From the NCBI RefSeq assembly GCF_003918875.1, contig NW_025767546.1, positions 744,001 through 808,000 of the forward strand: DNA of 64,000 nt, read 5' to 3'. This document shows, piece after piece, positions 1-17,752 of the stretch (within the stretch, counting starts at the first letter, position 1; each line of letters opens with the position of its first letter). Under the pieces are notes generated by a model, which saw nothing but the letters and a program-made list of their open reading frames with translations, did not search any database and was not told the origin of the DNA. The translations under genes were made by a program, and so were the position numbers. The stretch is from Haliotis rubra. Taxonomy: Eukaryota.

Positions 1-22
1 TTTCTCGGTGTTAGCTACTCAC

Positions 23-1728
<1,706 letters not shown>

Positions 1729-2282
1729 GCTGGAAGGGAAATGAGCACATGTTAACACTGGAGAAACTGAGGATTGATTACGTGATATAAGTATCAAATT
1801 TCTTTCAAGTTTACCGACTGGCTTATTTCCAACTCGTTAGCAACAGGAGAGGGTTACAAGGAACCGTTCAGAAGTTAGTACTGAACCAAACATTAATACA
1901 CAGTCTGTTATCGATTCCTATCATCCATTGATTGGTTCATCCATGAATGCTGTTTGAAGTCCCCGCCGTGATATTGCTGGAATGTTGCTAAAAGCGGCGT
2001 AACAGCGAACTCATTTATTCATCCATGAATGGTGTCCAAACCACGCGTCGCCCGGAAAGCGATTATTGCGCCACTAAAAACTTTCCACCCGAATCGGATT
2101 ATCTCATACTGGATATGAAACTTGGTACATTGCCCAACCGGTAATCGCATCAAGCGCAGTCGGTGTGAAAACACCATGGCTATAATCTGTGTTGAGCCAC
2201 GGAACCCAGTCATGGTAGTTGGTCGCTGCCGCTTTGCAAGCTCAAGGGCAGGCCAATGTCATGCATCACAGCCTGTCCCCGA

Positions 2283-2290
2283 TGACGTCA
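2283..2290. promoter_or_regulatory. CRE (TGACGTCA) upstream of tektin copy 1
   Basis: Perfect palindrome inside a block (about 2075-2340) that is conserved upstream of copy 4 (about 31720-32020). Confidence 0.45.
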
Positions 2291-3293
2291 TGGTCACACG
2301 TTTTAAGACTATCAATGCGAAGGTAATCACTGGTCCTGGGAATTAATCACCAGCTAAAGGGATAAGCTCTAAGTGGTAGCATGAGATGAGCTGACAGATA
2401 CAAGCGGCAAACTGCTAACGATATCTGAATGTCTATATTGTACTGGGACAGCAGTGTTGCCTAGCTTGGTCTGTGAAGACCAGAATGAGACCACTCGCTT
2501 TTGGTTTGACAAAACAGTTTTGTTTGCCAAAGTAATTAAATGCAACTCTGGCTCGGTCAATCCATAAAATGTACCTTTCACGCCCTTCAGTGTACTGGTG
2601 AAGAGAAGGCAGGAATAAATCTACACCAAGGAATCCTTAATTGCTGTCTGTAGGAATATTTGGGTTTCAGCACTATTAACGACCGGCTAAAGGAACACAT
2701 ACACTATGATATAAACTGAAACTGCGTTTTCAGAATATCAGAGGCGACTTTGATCAACGAAGGCTAAAGGAAACATGCTGGAGAAAGACAGTTACCTCCC
2801 CTTTTGAAGAGGGCAACAACATCGGTGGTGACACTCGGGACTATTCACTGGATCCACTAATTCTAAGCTGATTACTGACTATAACTGTCATTCAAAGTAT
2901 TTTAAACACTAGGAAGATTGAACAAAAATGAAATGAATTTCGATTTAATAATTTTGCTGTGTCATATGACATGAATTATCGGAAGAGAAATATAATGTAA
3001 AATATAACATTCGTTTACTTTCATGTCAGTTTATTTCATTTACAGGTTGTTTTCCTTTTCACGTAACTGTTCTATGGACAGTCACATTGTAGGGGATTAC
3101 CCTTAATTGGTACAGCTAGTTATCCCAGTTTTGACAGCGCAACTTGACACCTTAACGGATCAGCGGCCAAGTCGCTGTCATAAATGGGACACTACCTTTC
3201 AGTTTATAGCTAAGTTGATAATCTGTATATAGTGTTAAATATCTGCCGTTTTGTTGCATAAAGTGAGTTGGGTAACGCCTCTTCTCAGTTGGG

Positions 3294-3319
3294 GTTGCAT
3301 GGCAACGTATGATAGCAAC
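3294..3319. promoter_or_regulatory. RFX X-box-like sites upstream of tektin copy 1
   Basis: GTTGCATGGCAAC at 3294-3306 followed by GTATGATAGCAAC; resembles the X-box of ciliary genes. Confidence 0.5.
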
Positions 3320-4464
3320 CAAACAGCCTTAAGTGATGATACTTTTTATAATACTTAAAATGCTTAGAGTCACGTGGACGGATGAAAAGGTTGATAATTA
3401 AACACAGCGCCAGTATAAAGCCTACATACTGACCACACGTACATTTACGGCTAATGTCATGGAGTCCAACTACTTACAGATGTTAAAGGCACCAAACATA
3501 CAAATTAAAATAATCCTTGAATGGGAACTCCTCAACCAAAATGTTTCAGACCATATCTGGTTTTCAGAATGGTCCACTGTAGATTAATACAGAACAGCTA
3601 CATGTAGTGATAAGTTTAAAGATGGTCATTCAGTGGTTGGTGCCACTCTTACCTGACAGACTACAGGTTTTCCTGTGTGGAGACTGGGACCGTGAGAGAG
3701 AAGTGTGTAGTTGGTGCCACTTACCTGACAGACTGCAGGTTTTCCTGTGTGGAGACTGGGACCGTGAGAGAAGGAGTGAGTGCTAGGAACACACTGGCCC
3801 ACGTTTATATACCAAGTTACCTTAGAGTTACCGTCTTATCTCCTAGTCCGCTTAACGACAGGCCTAACTACACCGTCACTGCGTGAAATCTGGCTTAAGT
3901 AAATCAGTTGGCAAGCATACGCTGATCCAGTCCATCAAATGTTCGCTGCCCAATAATCTCATATAAAAGATATGTGAAAGCAATGTAACGATGAGTTGTT
4001 TAAACATTTATGTGGCTGTTATTTAGAAATACAAACGACCAAATTAAATACCATGACTACTGGAAATAAACAAAACTGAATACATGTAGTTACTGTAAAA
4101 GAAAACTAATGGTCGGTTACAAAAATGTGTGGAAGATATGTGAAACATTGTCGTCAAGTGGTTGTAACTGTGACAGTCTGATCAGAATGTTTGCAATTAG
4201 TGAGATTTTCGTATTTAAATGCATGCGCGTATGTGACTGGGTGATATTTTGATAAGTGGAAATTTCTGCTCCTTTTGAACGACTCGATGAAAAGAAATGA
4301 GATGGTCATGTGAAATATGTTTATAATAGTTTCATAATGTGATTTACAAGAAGAAACAACTATGAAGTATACGTGTATATAACAGAAGCATTGAACTAAG
4401 TCAAATGTTTACATGATACAATTTGTTTGATATTAGAATGAAGACATTCAAATGAACAATACTA

Positions 4465-5570
4465 CACTCTTCAAAAAAAGAAACGCATAGGTGATTTTGA
4501 GAATATTGGAATCATGTAGCTGCGGCAAACTCAATACAAATATACTTTGTGTGATTGTAAACAGCTTCAGCGCCAAAACGCGGCAATTGTAACTTCCCCC
4601 CTTGTTTTTGAAGCGTTGGAAGAAATATTCGCCAAAACGTCACCAAGAAAACATGTAACACAAATTGGACGTGCAAGTAAGCGAAAAAGCATGCGGCATT
4701 GATCACTATAAAAAGGCAAACGTTGTGTTTAATCTTGTCATTCGTTTTTGCCTGGAAAAGAGGAAATCATCATGCCACGACTCAGTGCCGCCAATCGAAA
4801 CATCGCCATAGGCCGCCTTGAAGCTGGGGAGTCGCAGTCTGCAGTTGCCTGACATTTCAACGTTCATCAGAACACCCTATCTCGCCCTTTGGGCAGTTTC
4901 CTGCAGACCAATTCCGACCAAGATCGCCAGAGAAGCGGCTGTGCAAGAGTTACCACCCAGGGCCAGGATCGTTACATCTGAGTTGTTCACTTGCATCATT
5001 GTCTTACCCAGATGTGGAGACTGCACAACGCATCCCTGGTTTGAGAAGAATTTCCGACCAAATTGCGTGAAGTTGTCGCCCCTGTTGTGACAGAGTTCCA
5101 TCGGCGCCAATGTCGTAGATTCAGAAACTGGCACCTTAGAAAGTAGAGGCGAGTCTGGTTCAGTGATGAATCACGATTTCTTCTTCACCGGCGAGATGGA
5201 AGACAGGGTGCTTACCGTCGGAGAAATGAAATATCCAGCACACAAAGATCTGATTTAGTGATGGTTCAGGGCAATTTGACAGCAAATCGGTACATCAACG
5301 AAGTCCTTGCACGTCACGTGCTTCCGATTATGGACCGACAGAGAGAGTTGTTCCAGCATGACAACGCCACTTCACATAAATCACGCGGCACGGTCCGCTA
5401 CCTTGTCAATTCTAACGTCAATGTCTTGCCATGGCCTTCCCGATCACCAGATCTAAACCCGATAGAACACCTATGGGATGAACTCGATCGACGTGTACGT
5501 CAGCGGCTAAACACGCCTCAGACTCTTCCACAATTGGCCATTGCATTGCTCTCGCTCGGGAAATACCAAC
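4465..5570 (+). mobile_element. Tc1/mariner (DD34E) transposon relic, 3'-truncated
   Basis: TA followed by terminus CACTCTTCAAAAAAAGAAACGCA; MPRLSAANRNIAIGRLEAGESQ HTH start; SDESRF, FQHDNA and WPSRSPDLNPIEHLW motifs with D-34-E spacing; stops and frameshifts. Confidence 0.9.
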
Positions 5571-5740
5571 ATTTAGGCACTCGTGTCGTAAACAAAGTAT
5601 GACATCGGTACTCATATAATATCCTCTATCTAATGTACATGTGGACAACATCCGTGATCAGTACAACGTCTGAACGCATCTGCCACGCTATGCAGGTACA
5701 CTGTGAGCTACTATCGGGATCTGGCTACTGATCTTCTCAT

Positions 5741-6553
5741 AAATATAGGTTATCACGCGAGTGTGTTTTGGGATGGTTAATATCCTGCATTAGGAATAAG
5801 CATTGTATTTAGCGAGCCTTGGCGAGCTGAATATATAGTGTTTATTCTAATGCAGGATATTAACCATCCAAAACTACACGATAATGATCTATTATCATCT
5901 AATGTCATTTTTGCTTTATGATTTAAAAAAATGCGATTTCAAATGCCACAAATCATGAAACTAAACTTCGTGGAATGTCTATGATGTCACAAATATGTAC
6001 GGAGTAATACGTTACGTCACAAGCCCGGTGACATAATTTTCTCCTGATCACTCAGCGGTTATCTAGTTCCCAGTAAGCTTTTATGCTAAAGCACGTATTT
6101 TTGTCAACAAATCTTAGCTTACGTTTGAAAAATAACAACAAACTCACGTGGAACTTCAGAAACCTTCAATTAACCTTTTGAACAACCAAATATGCTTTAA
6201 TGTTAGCGTGACACTGTGCACCGATCTCTCGCTAACACTGACAGTCGGTCGGGGAACTGATGTTGGTATCTTCGTAAGCCTATGAATTTCTATCTTCGCT
6301 TTGTAAGCTACTCCATCTATCAAAACCAGGCATGAATTTCTGGGATCAAAGCACTGACAGTACCGCAACCACGGCCGTTAATCCGGACACGACCGCCGAC
6401 CCTTGACGCCATGTTTGTTTACACTGTGAAAGTAGTCCCTGAAATTTGCATATGACCTCTCTAATATGCATCGATATCCGTATATGACCCCAACGGATAC
6501 CTAAAATATCCGTTGGCTTTTTCCTGCCAAGAACACTATCCATTGTATGATAA
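5741..6553. mobile_element. Non-autonomous element with long terminal hairpin (Crypton-like)
   Basis: 23-bp perfect inverted arms at 5771-5793 and 5847-5869 within a longer imperfect palindrome; segment absent from the paralogous region near 24150. Family assignment is inference. Confidence 0.5.
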
Positions 6554-6879
6554 AGTGTTGGTTGACTGAATGTGTACCAGTTTCATGCAGTTGGAAGGGT
6601 TTTCATTACAAGACAAGACTAGAAGTTTACTCAGTTGGCATTTTGTTTGGTTATGTTAAATAATCACTACAGTTTGCCTGGTCTGGGTTAAAGTAAGCAT
6701 CCCTTGATATGTAAATGTTAACCGATTTTTTAACAGTATTAAATAATGAATTGATCTTGTATAACTTCATTTCTCCTTGCTTTACGGTATACGTTACGAC
6801 TGACTGAGAAAAAATTGTGGACGAGCTATATTTTGCCATTAGCAAGATAATCTAACCATGCTGACAACCAGTTGCTGTG

Positions 6880-8200
6880 TGTACATGGTCCCTTCAATGT
6901 GGTTCCACGAGAGAGCGGATATCAACCCACTCGTTGTTTGTACATGGTCCTTTCAATGTGGTTCCACAGAGAGAGTGCATATCAACCCACTCGTTGTTTG
7001 TACATGGTCCTTTCAATGTGGTTCCACAGAGAGAGTGGATATCAACCCACTCGTTGTTTGTACGTGGTCCCTTCAATATGGTTCCATAGAGAGAGTGGAT
7101 ATCAGCCCACTCGTTGTCTGTACACGGTCCTTCAGTGTGCACTCGTTGTCTGTACACGGCCCTTCAGTGTGGTTCCATAGAGAAAGTGGATATCAACCCA
7201 CTCGTTGTCTGTACACGGTCCTTCAATGTGGTTCCATACAGACAGTGGATATCAACCCACTCGTTGTTTGTACACGGTCCTTCAGTGTGGTTCCACAGAG
7301 AAAGTGGATATCAGCCCACTCGTTTGTCTGTACACGGTCCTTCAGTGTGGTTCCACAGAGACAGTGGATATCAACCCACTCGTTGTCTGTACATGGTCCT
7401 TCAGTGTGGTTCCACAGAGACAGTGGACATCAACCCACTCGTTGTCTGTACACGGTCCTTCAATGTGGTTCCATAGAGACAGTGGATATCAGCCCACTCG
7501 TTGTCTGTACACGGTCCTTCAATGTGGTTCCATAGAGACAGTGGATATCAACCCACTCGTTGTCTGTACATGGTCCTTCAATGTGGTTCCACAGAGACAG
7601 TGGATATCAACCCACTCGTTGTCTGTACATGGTCCTTCAATGTGGTTCCACAGAGACAGTGGATATCAGCCCACTCGTTGTCTGTACATGGTCCCTCAGT
7701 GTGGTTCCATAGAGACAGTGGATATCAACCCACTCGTTGTCTGTACACGGTCCTTCAGTGTGGTTCCATAGAGACAGTGGATATCAACCCACTCGTTGTC
7801 TGTACATGGTCCTTCAGTGTGGTTCCACAGAGACAGTGGATATCAACCCACTCGTTGTCTGTACACGGTACTTCAGTGTGGTTCCATAGAGACAGTGGAT
7901 ATCAACCCGCGGTCCTCAATGTGGTTCCACAGATAGAGTGGATGTCAACCCACTCGTTGGTCCTTCAATGTGGTTCCATAGAGACAGTGGATATCAACCC
8001 ACTCGTTGTCTGTACATGGTCCTTCAGTGTGGTTCCATAGAGACAGTGGATATCAACCCACTCGTTGTCTGTACACGGTCCTTCAATGTGGTTCCACAGA
8101 GAGAGTGGATATCAACCCACTCGTTGTCTGTACATGGTCCTTCAATGTGGTTCCATAGAGACAGTGGATATCAGCCCACTCGTTGTTTGTACATGGTCCT
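6880..8200. repeat. 59/60-bp minisatellite, about 22 copies
   Basis: Unit GTGGATATCAACCCACTCGTTGTCTGTACACGGTCCTTCAATGTGGTTCCATAGAGACA in tandem. Confidence 0.97.
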
Positions 8201-10189
8201 AGTTTTCTGTAATGATAAATAAAGTAGACATAGCATATACATATTACATATTCATATGACCCTAAGTAGGTCAAGAACTGTCGTGATCAATTGTGTTTTA
8301 TCTGTTCACATGACAGATGCAATTCACCCAGAAAGATATGAACCTGTCCTCCTTTAAAACTATGTAGGGGCTACCATTTTCTTTTACAGAACATTTAATT
8401 GATTGAGATCTTCTAAGCAACACTTAGTCCTGGGGCTATTTGTACGATACATATAAATCTTTAAGACATATATTTTTCTTATAAATAAATTTAGTTTTAG
8501 AACTCGCATTGGCAGATGATGACTGAAACTTCGATTTAACTTCAGTAACTTCAAATTCTGGAAATGATAATAAAATTCTTTCTTGTATATAGACATTCCT
8601 TTACACTAGTTATTTTGTGTATATGATTCAAGGTCTTCAATGAAAACCCAAACAACAGGGGATTCAAAATGTCCCCTTGCATTAATCCAGAATTATAAAT
8701 AGTTTGACAAAATTTTAAACAAATCTTGATGTAGCCATATATCCATAAATAACTATTATAGGGTTTAATTCAGGACAGCCATCGTCCAAATATTTAAAAG
8801 TAAAAACTATGTACTCAAGACATGTGAGACTTTATTGTAATTATTTATATGATGCTAATCTGTATTCTATGTAATCCTTATCACTACCGCATTGTACATT
8901 GACTTGTCAGGCAATTAATTACTGTATAGGACATTTATAACCTTAATTGGTCATCCCCCTTGGTCGTGTCTGCCATCACATCAACTGGTCAAGGAAGTGC
9001 TATTGTTTTTCTATCTCTCCATTGTTGAGTCGTCACCTGTCCATTGTTGTCAAAAACTGTATATATATATATGCTCACATCTACATGTACATGGAAAAAC
9101 AGAGTACGAGTCCGGTATTCCGACTGTCTGTAGGGACGACCACGAGCAGGAGAATGCCGCTCGTAGGAAACGCCCTGGGGTTGAGCAGGTACTCCGCTCA
9201 CCTTATGTATGTCTTGTGTATTTGTTTGTCATGTAACTAAAGAAGTTTGAGCTCAACGTATTCCTTCGTCTTCGTCAACGCACACCTCATCTTAATTATG
9301 AGCTAATTCCCCAGTCGACCATATACCACGCGTTGACACAACTGTGAAGTAAAGTTAACCGTCTTAAACTAGTTAAATGCAGATAACCTTTGAGTCTCTC
9401 TTACCATCTTCTTCGCCAAACTGTTATTGATGTTACTTACAAGGGAGGCTACTCTTCCAGCTTTACCAAACTATTGTTTGTTTGTTCCTTTTCATATCTA
9501 TAGGCATCTTACTGGTAGATATTATGGATCAATCAGGGCTGCTTCAGCACACCAACGTGTAATATACATCTCACTGGTAGATATTATGGATCAATCATGG
9601 CTGCTTCAGCACAGCAACGTGTAATATACGAGGTTTAATACAATACATCATACAAGCATACATAACCAAAGTATATCTTTCATATTGTCATTTAAAAAAC
9701 AGTGACTGGGAAACTGTTTCTCTTGTATTTTATATCCATAATGAATCACCCATCATTTCTCTTTCTCATGACAGTGATAGCTTTAGATTACCCTTGTGAT
9801 AAGCCTGATGTTTGGAGACCTATACTGCCTTGGTCGCAGTGTAAATATATTGCTGAGTGCGGCGTTAAACAAAAAAAATTATAGCTATAGCTCTTGGTAC
9901 TATAGACCATCAAAGCGGTGTATTTTAATTTTGCATGACGCCCTCAATATGTTATGGGTTGTACCATGGATGGACTTCTGAGTCAAAACCACAAGAATGG
10001 TGAAGAAAGAAGAAATCACGCCCTCATGTTGCTTAAGATGATGTATTTGTGCCAATGCTGGGCATACACTGAAAATTGTGGACAGACTCATTTAATTCAT
10101 TGCATATTTCAAATGTATATTTTAATGCAAAATCGTTTCGCATGGGAAATGACTGGTCCTTAGCAAGAAAGAGAAAGCCTTTTTTTCAC

Positions 10190-11340
10190 GTCTCAGGTTT
10201 GCCGATTTCACCTAAGCTAAGAAAGGTTGCTTCTAAGGGAGGCCCTCCTCTGAAACACTGAGCATGTACTGGATTGTTGTGGCACTTGGTTTGGTCCACA
10301 CTCATTTCTGTACCGTCTAGCAGCACGATGCCCTCAACAATGTTAACATTGACATTGAGTCCATGTCCAGCTTCAGTAGCTCGTTTGAGAAAACTGGAAT
10401 TCCTTGTCCCATCATGATCCTTGACATTAGATTAAATGTTCATCTAGAGGTGAATCATTTACACCTGTTAAATATGTCACTCAATTTAGAGGTCATTGTT
10501 TGGTCATTCACGTATCAAGGCTAATCCAAAAGACTTGAAACAGAAAGTGCACATACCTTGTTGTATTAGAGAGATATTTTGAAACATACTATTTTCCAAA
10601 AGTGAATTCATAATCTGGAAGTGTATTTAACCTATTACGATAAGTGCATCAGGTATGTGTTTTCAGACATCTGAAATCGTCACATTGGATGGGTATAGCA
10701 CGTACTCTCGAAGCGAGTAAATAGCTAGAGGAATAGCCAAGCACATAGGACAAGGTAAGGGTCGGACAAGAAGGACATGAAGTTGATGTCCAAACATAAT
10801 GTACTGCTTAAGGTACTTTGAGACTTTCTGTTTTATAGGCATACTGTTTACTGGAGAGTGCATATACTTTCAAATCGGATAGGTAGTTAGAAGAATGGGG
10901 CTTTCCGGTTTTCATCCAGCTTTTTCCATTTGACCATAAGTACATTTATATTGGTATTTCCAGCGTATTCTGGATTTAGGTTGTGTACATTGCAGTAACT
11001 CAAACCGACATCAACACGCTTGAAAGTCATGTAATGCTTTCTGTCGCCAACTGGAACTGGCCGCGAAGGACTCGCCTCTGTTTATGAAGTGCTTACAAAC
11101 ACTTTTCTGTCTGACCAGGAAGCTGGTCAATCATGGCGATTCTTAAAGAACTATTCTTTCATTAGAATTCTAATGCGCATTCTAACCATACAGAACTGGA
11201 TTGACACTCAATCGATGAAGTGTCTTGCCTAAAGGGCAACATGCAGGTCGGACATTTAATCCTTTGACAGCGGCTTTCCAAACGCAGTGTACTGCTTTAG
11301 CCGCACTTACAACTTGAACGTATCCTCTCAAAGAATAAAG
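10190..11340 (-). pseudogene. Decayed unidentified protein-coding remnant (duplicate at about 18310-19340, diverged paralogue at about 26900-28290)
   Basis: Translated blocks align with the 27-28 kb region with mainly third-position changes (LNTLPDYEFT/LNTLPDYDFT, KQKVSKY/KQKVSKY); many stops and frameshifts. Confidence 0.55.
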
Positions 11341-11517
11341 GACCTCACGCATTAGTTTATATGATTTTATTTGAAAAACATGTACAACTATCAAGGTCAA
11401 AAGACCAGGTATGATAATTTACAATGTACTTGCTGATGTATGAACAGGCTAACTGAAACTCAGGTGAGTGAATGCTGACTGACTAGAGTCGGTTTATCCT
11501 TGTCCTGATGCAAGTCC

Positions 11518-14464
<2,947 letters not shown>

Positions 14465-16499
14465 GCTGGAAGGGAAATGAACACATGTTAACATTGGAGA
14501 AACTGAGGATTGATTACGTGTTTTAAATATCAAACCTCTTTCAAGACTCGCTTTTGGTTTGTTCACGTAAAGAAATGAAACTATCAGCGAAACCGAAATA
14601 AATATTGGTATGACGGTCGGCTTTGTTCATATGAGCTTTTACTGATTTTGCCATTCGTTGTATCTCGTAAATTTAACACCAGTGACGGTGATGAGGTTGG
14701 CAGCAATAAATCTACATCAAGGAATGCGGCTTTGCTATCTTAGAACACATAGACTATGAAATAAATTGAAACTACGTTTTTAGAATATTAGACTTAAGCA
14801 GACATGGTGGAGAACGAGTTTGACCTCCCTTGGGTTGTGACACTCGGCACTATTCACTGGGTCCAGTAATTCTAAGCTGATTAGTGACTACGAATGGAGA
14901 TTTTGTTATCATTAGAAGTATCTTAAACAGTAGGATGAAGGATCAAATACAGGAAAATGACAAATATATTGTAAATTAAATTATTTTTCCCTGTCACGTA
15001 AATGGTCTATGGACAGGTTACACTGTAGTGGATTTCGATACATAAAACCAAGAATAGCTAGGTTGATTATACATTTTTGTCTCATATCTGACTTTCTTTT
15101 GTCTGGTAACGTCTCTTCTCAGTTGAGTTGCAAGCAACAAATGGCAGCCACATACTACAAATATCTGGTATATCTAGTACATGCTTTAGCAAAAATACTT
15201 TAAATGCTGCTGTAGCCTACTCACGTGCAGTTCGGGTGAAAAGGTTGATAATTAAACACAACGCCATTCTTATAGCCTACACGTACCTTCACTGATACTT
15301 TCAATTACTTATAGATGTTCTAGGCACCAACAAAATCCTTAAATGACATCTCAAATTCCAGAATACATCTAGTTTAATAGACAACGTTATACAGAAATAC
15401 ATTTAGTGATGAGTTGGTAAGGTGTTCAATGTGTAGTTGGTGCCACGTACCTGACAGACTAGAGGTTTTCCTGTGTGGAGACTGGGACCGTGAGAGAGAA
15501 GTGTGTAGTTGGTGCCACGTACCTGACAGACTACAGGGTTTCCTGTGTGGAGACTGGGACCGTGAGAGAAGGAGTGAGTGCTAGGAACACACTGGCCCAC
15601 GTTTATATACCAAGTTACCTTAGAGTTACCGTCTTATCTCCTAGTCCGCTTAAGTACCGTCCTAGTTACACCATCACTACGTGAAATCTGTTGAAGCCAA
15701 AAGGTTGATAAGGGATAAATTCATAACACAATGCATCATTATAAATATAATCTCATTCATACAGGGATAATACTGGCGGTGTCCCCAGATTCATAATCCC
15801 ATGAAAGAAGACCCAGAGGGCCTCGGATCCCGTTGAACACTGGGACCTTTCCATTCTGCCCCTTGCTTTCAAATCTAATATACATGTTTACAACACCCGT
15901 GATCAGTACAATGTTTGAACACATCTGCCACACAGGTACTAGTGCATGGGCTTATTTAATTCCGTGGGAATTACATGTTCATTTTTGGAACCATTACTTA
16001 TTGTAATCACTGTTGTGTATGGATTCAGGAAAAACATGGTTCCATTTTGTTTGTTTGCTATAAGTGTCACTGTGGGGTGATTTAATAAGAGTTCCCAAAA
16101 TTGCTTGCGACACCATTTCGAGAAAATACATGTTTTCCTAAACCCTAGCACAACATAGTCATGTAGCATATCAAAAGGCAGCTTATGATGTATGACATAG
16201 AGATAACCACATAATAGGCTTCTAATTTTAATTTGGTGACATAAAATATGACATAATGAAATAAATTAATCAAATATTGTCTTTCCTTCATCGGACACCA
16301 CCATTGTAAGTATTGGCCTATATTAATGGAAACCATTTATTCAATGACATGACACACTTATGTACTAGTTAAATGCAGATAACCTTTGAGTCTCTCTTAC
16401 CATCTTCTTGGACAAACTGTTATTGATGTTACTTACAAGGGAGGCTACTCTTCCAGCTTTACCAAACTATCTTTTGTTTGTTCCTTTTCATATCTATAG

Positions 16500-17752
16500 A
16501 CATCTTACTGTTAGATATTATGGATCAATCATGGCTGCTTCAGCACACCAACGTGTAATATACATCTTACTGGTAGATATTATGGATCAATCATGGCTGC
16601 TTCAGCACAACAACGTGTAATATACATCTTACTGGTATATATTATGATCAATCATGGCTGCTTCAGCACAGCAACGTGTAATATCCATCTTACTGGTATA
16701 TATTATGGATCAATCATGGCTGCTTCAGCACAGCAACGTGTAATATACATCTTACTGGTATATATTATGGATCAATCATGGCTGCTTCAGCACACCAACG
16801 TGTAATATACATCTTACTGGTAGATATTATGGATCAATCATGGCTGCTTCAGCACAGCAACGTGTAATATACATCTTACTGGTAGATATTATGGATCAAT
16901 CATGGCTGCTTCAGCACAACAACGTGTAATATACATCTTACTGGTAGATATTATGGATCAATCATGGCTGCTTCAGCACAGCAACGTGTAATATCCATCT
17001 TACTGGTAGATATTATGGATCAATCATGGCTGCTTCAGCACACCAACGTGTATATCCATCTTACTGGTAGATATTATGATCAATCATGGCTGCTTCAGCA
17101 CAGCAACGTGTAATATCCATCTTACTGGTATATATTATGGATAAATCATGCTGCTTCAGCACAGGTATATACATCTTACTGGGATATTATGGATCAATCA
17201 TGGCTGCTTCAGCACAGCAACGTGTAATATCCATCTTACTGGTAGATATTATGGATCAATCATGGCTGCTTCAGCACAACAAGTAATATCCATGTTACTG
17301 GTAGATATTATGGATCAACTGCTTCAGCACACAGCGTGTAATATACATCTTACTGGTAGATATTATGGATCAATCATGGCTGCTTCAGCACAGCAACGTG
17401 TAATATCCATCTTACTGGTAGATATTATGGATCAATCATGGCTGCTTCAGCACAACAACGTGTAATATCCATCTTACTGGTAGATATTATGGATCAATCA
17501 TGGCTGCTTCAGCACAGCAACGTGTAATATCCATCTTACTGGTAGATATTATGGATCAATCATGGCTGCTTCAGCACAGCAACGTGTAATATCCATCTTA
17601 CTGGTAGATATTATGGATCAATCATGGCTGCTTCAGCTTCACATCTTACAGATCAATCATGGCTGCTTCAGCACAGCAACGTGTAATATACATCTTACTG
17701 GTAGATATTATGGATCAATCATGGCTGCTTCAGCACACCAACGTGTAATATA
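16500..17752. repeat. 62-bp minisatellite, about 20 copies
   Basis: Unit CATCTTACTGGTAGATATTATGGATCAATCATGGCTGCTTCAGCACAGCAACGTGTAATATA; only 2 copies at the paralogous site 9506-9630. Confidence 0.97.

Noticed and set aside
6858-8222. Long Cys/Trp-rich ORFs in the 59-bp array, and similar ORFs at 16408-17762 and 42939-43547
   Set aside because: Unit lengths are not multiples of three and the ORFs cycle through frames; they are by-products of tandem repeats.
8755-9338. Possible solo LTR absent from the paralogous unit
   Set aside because: Looks like an insertion, but convincing TG...CA ends with a TSD could not be fixed.
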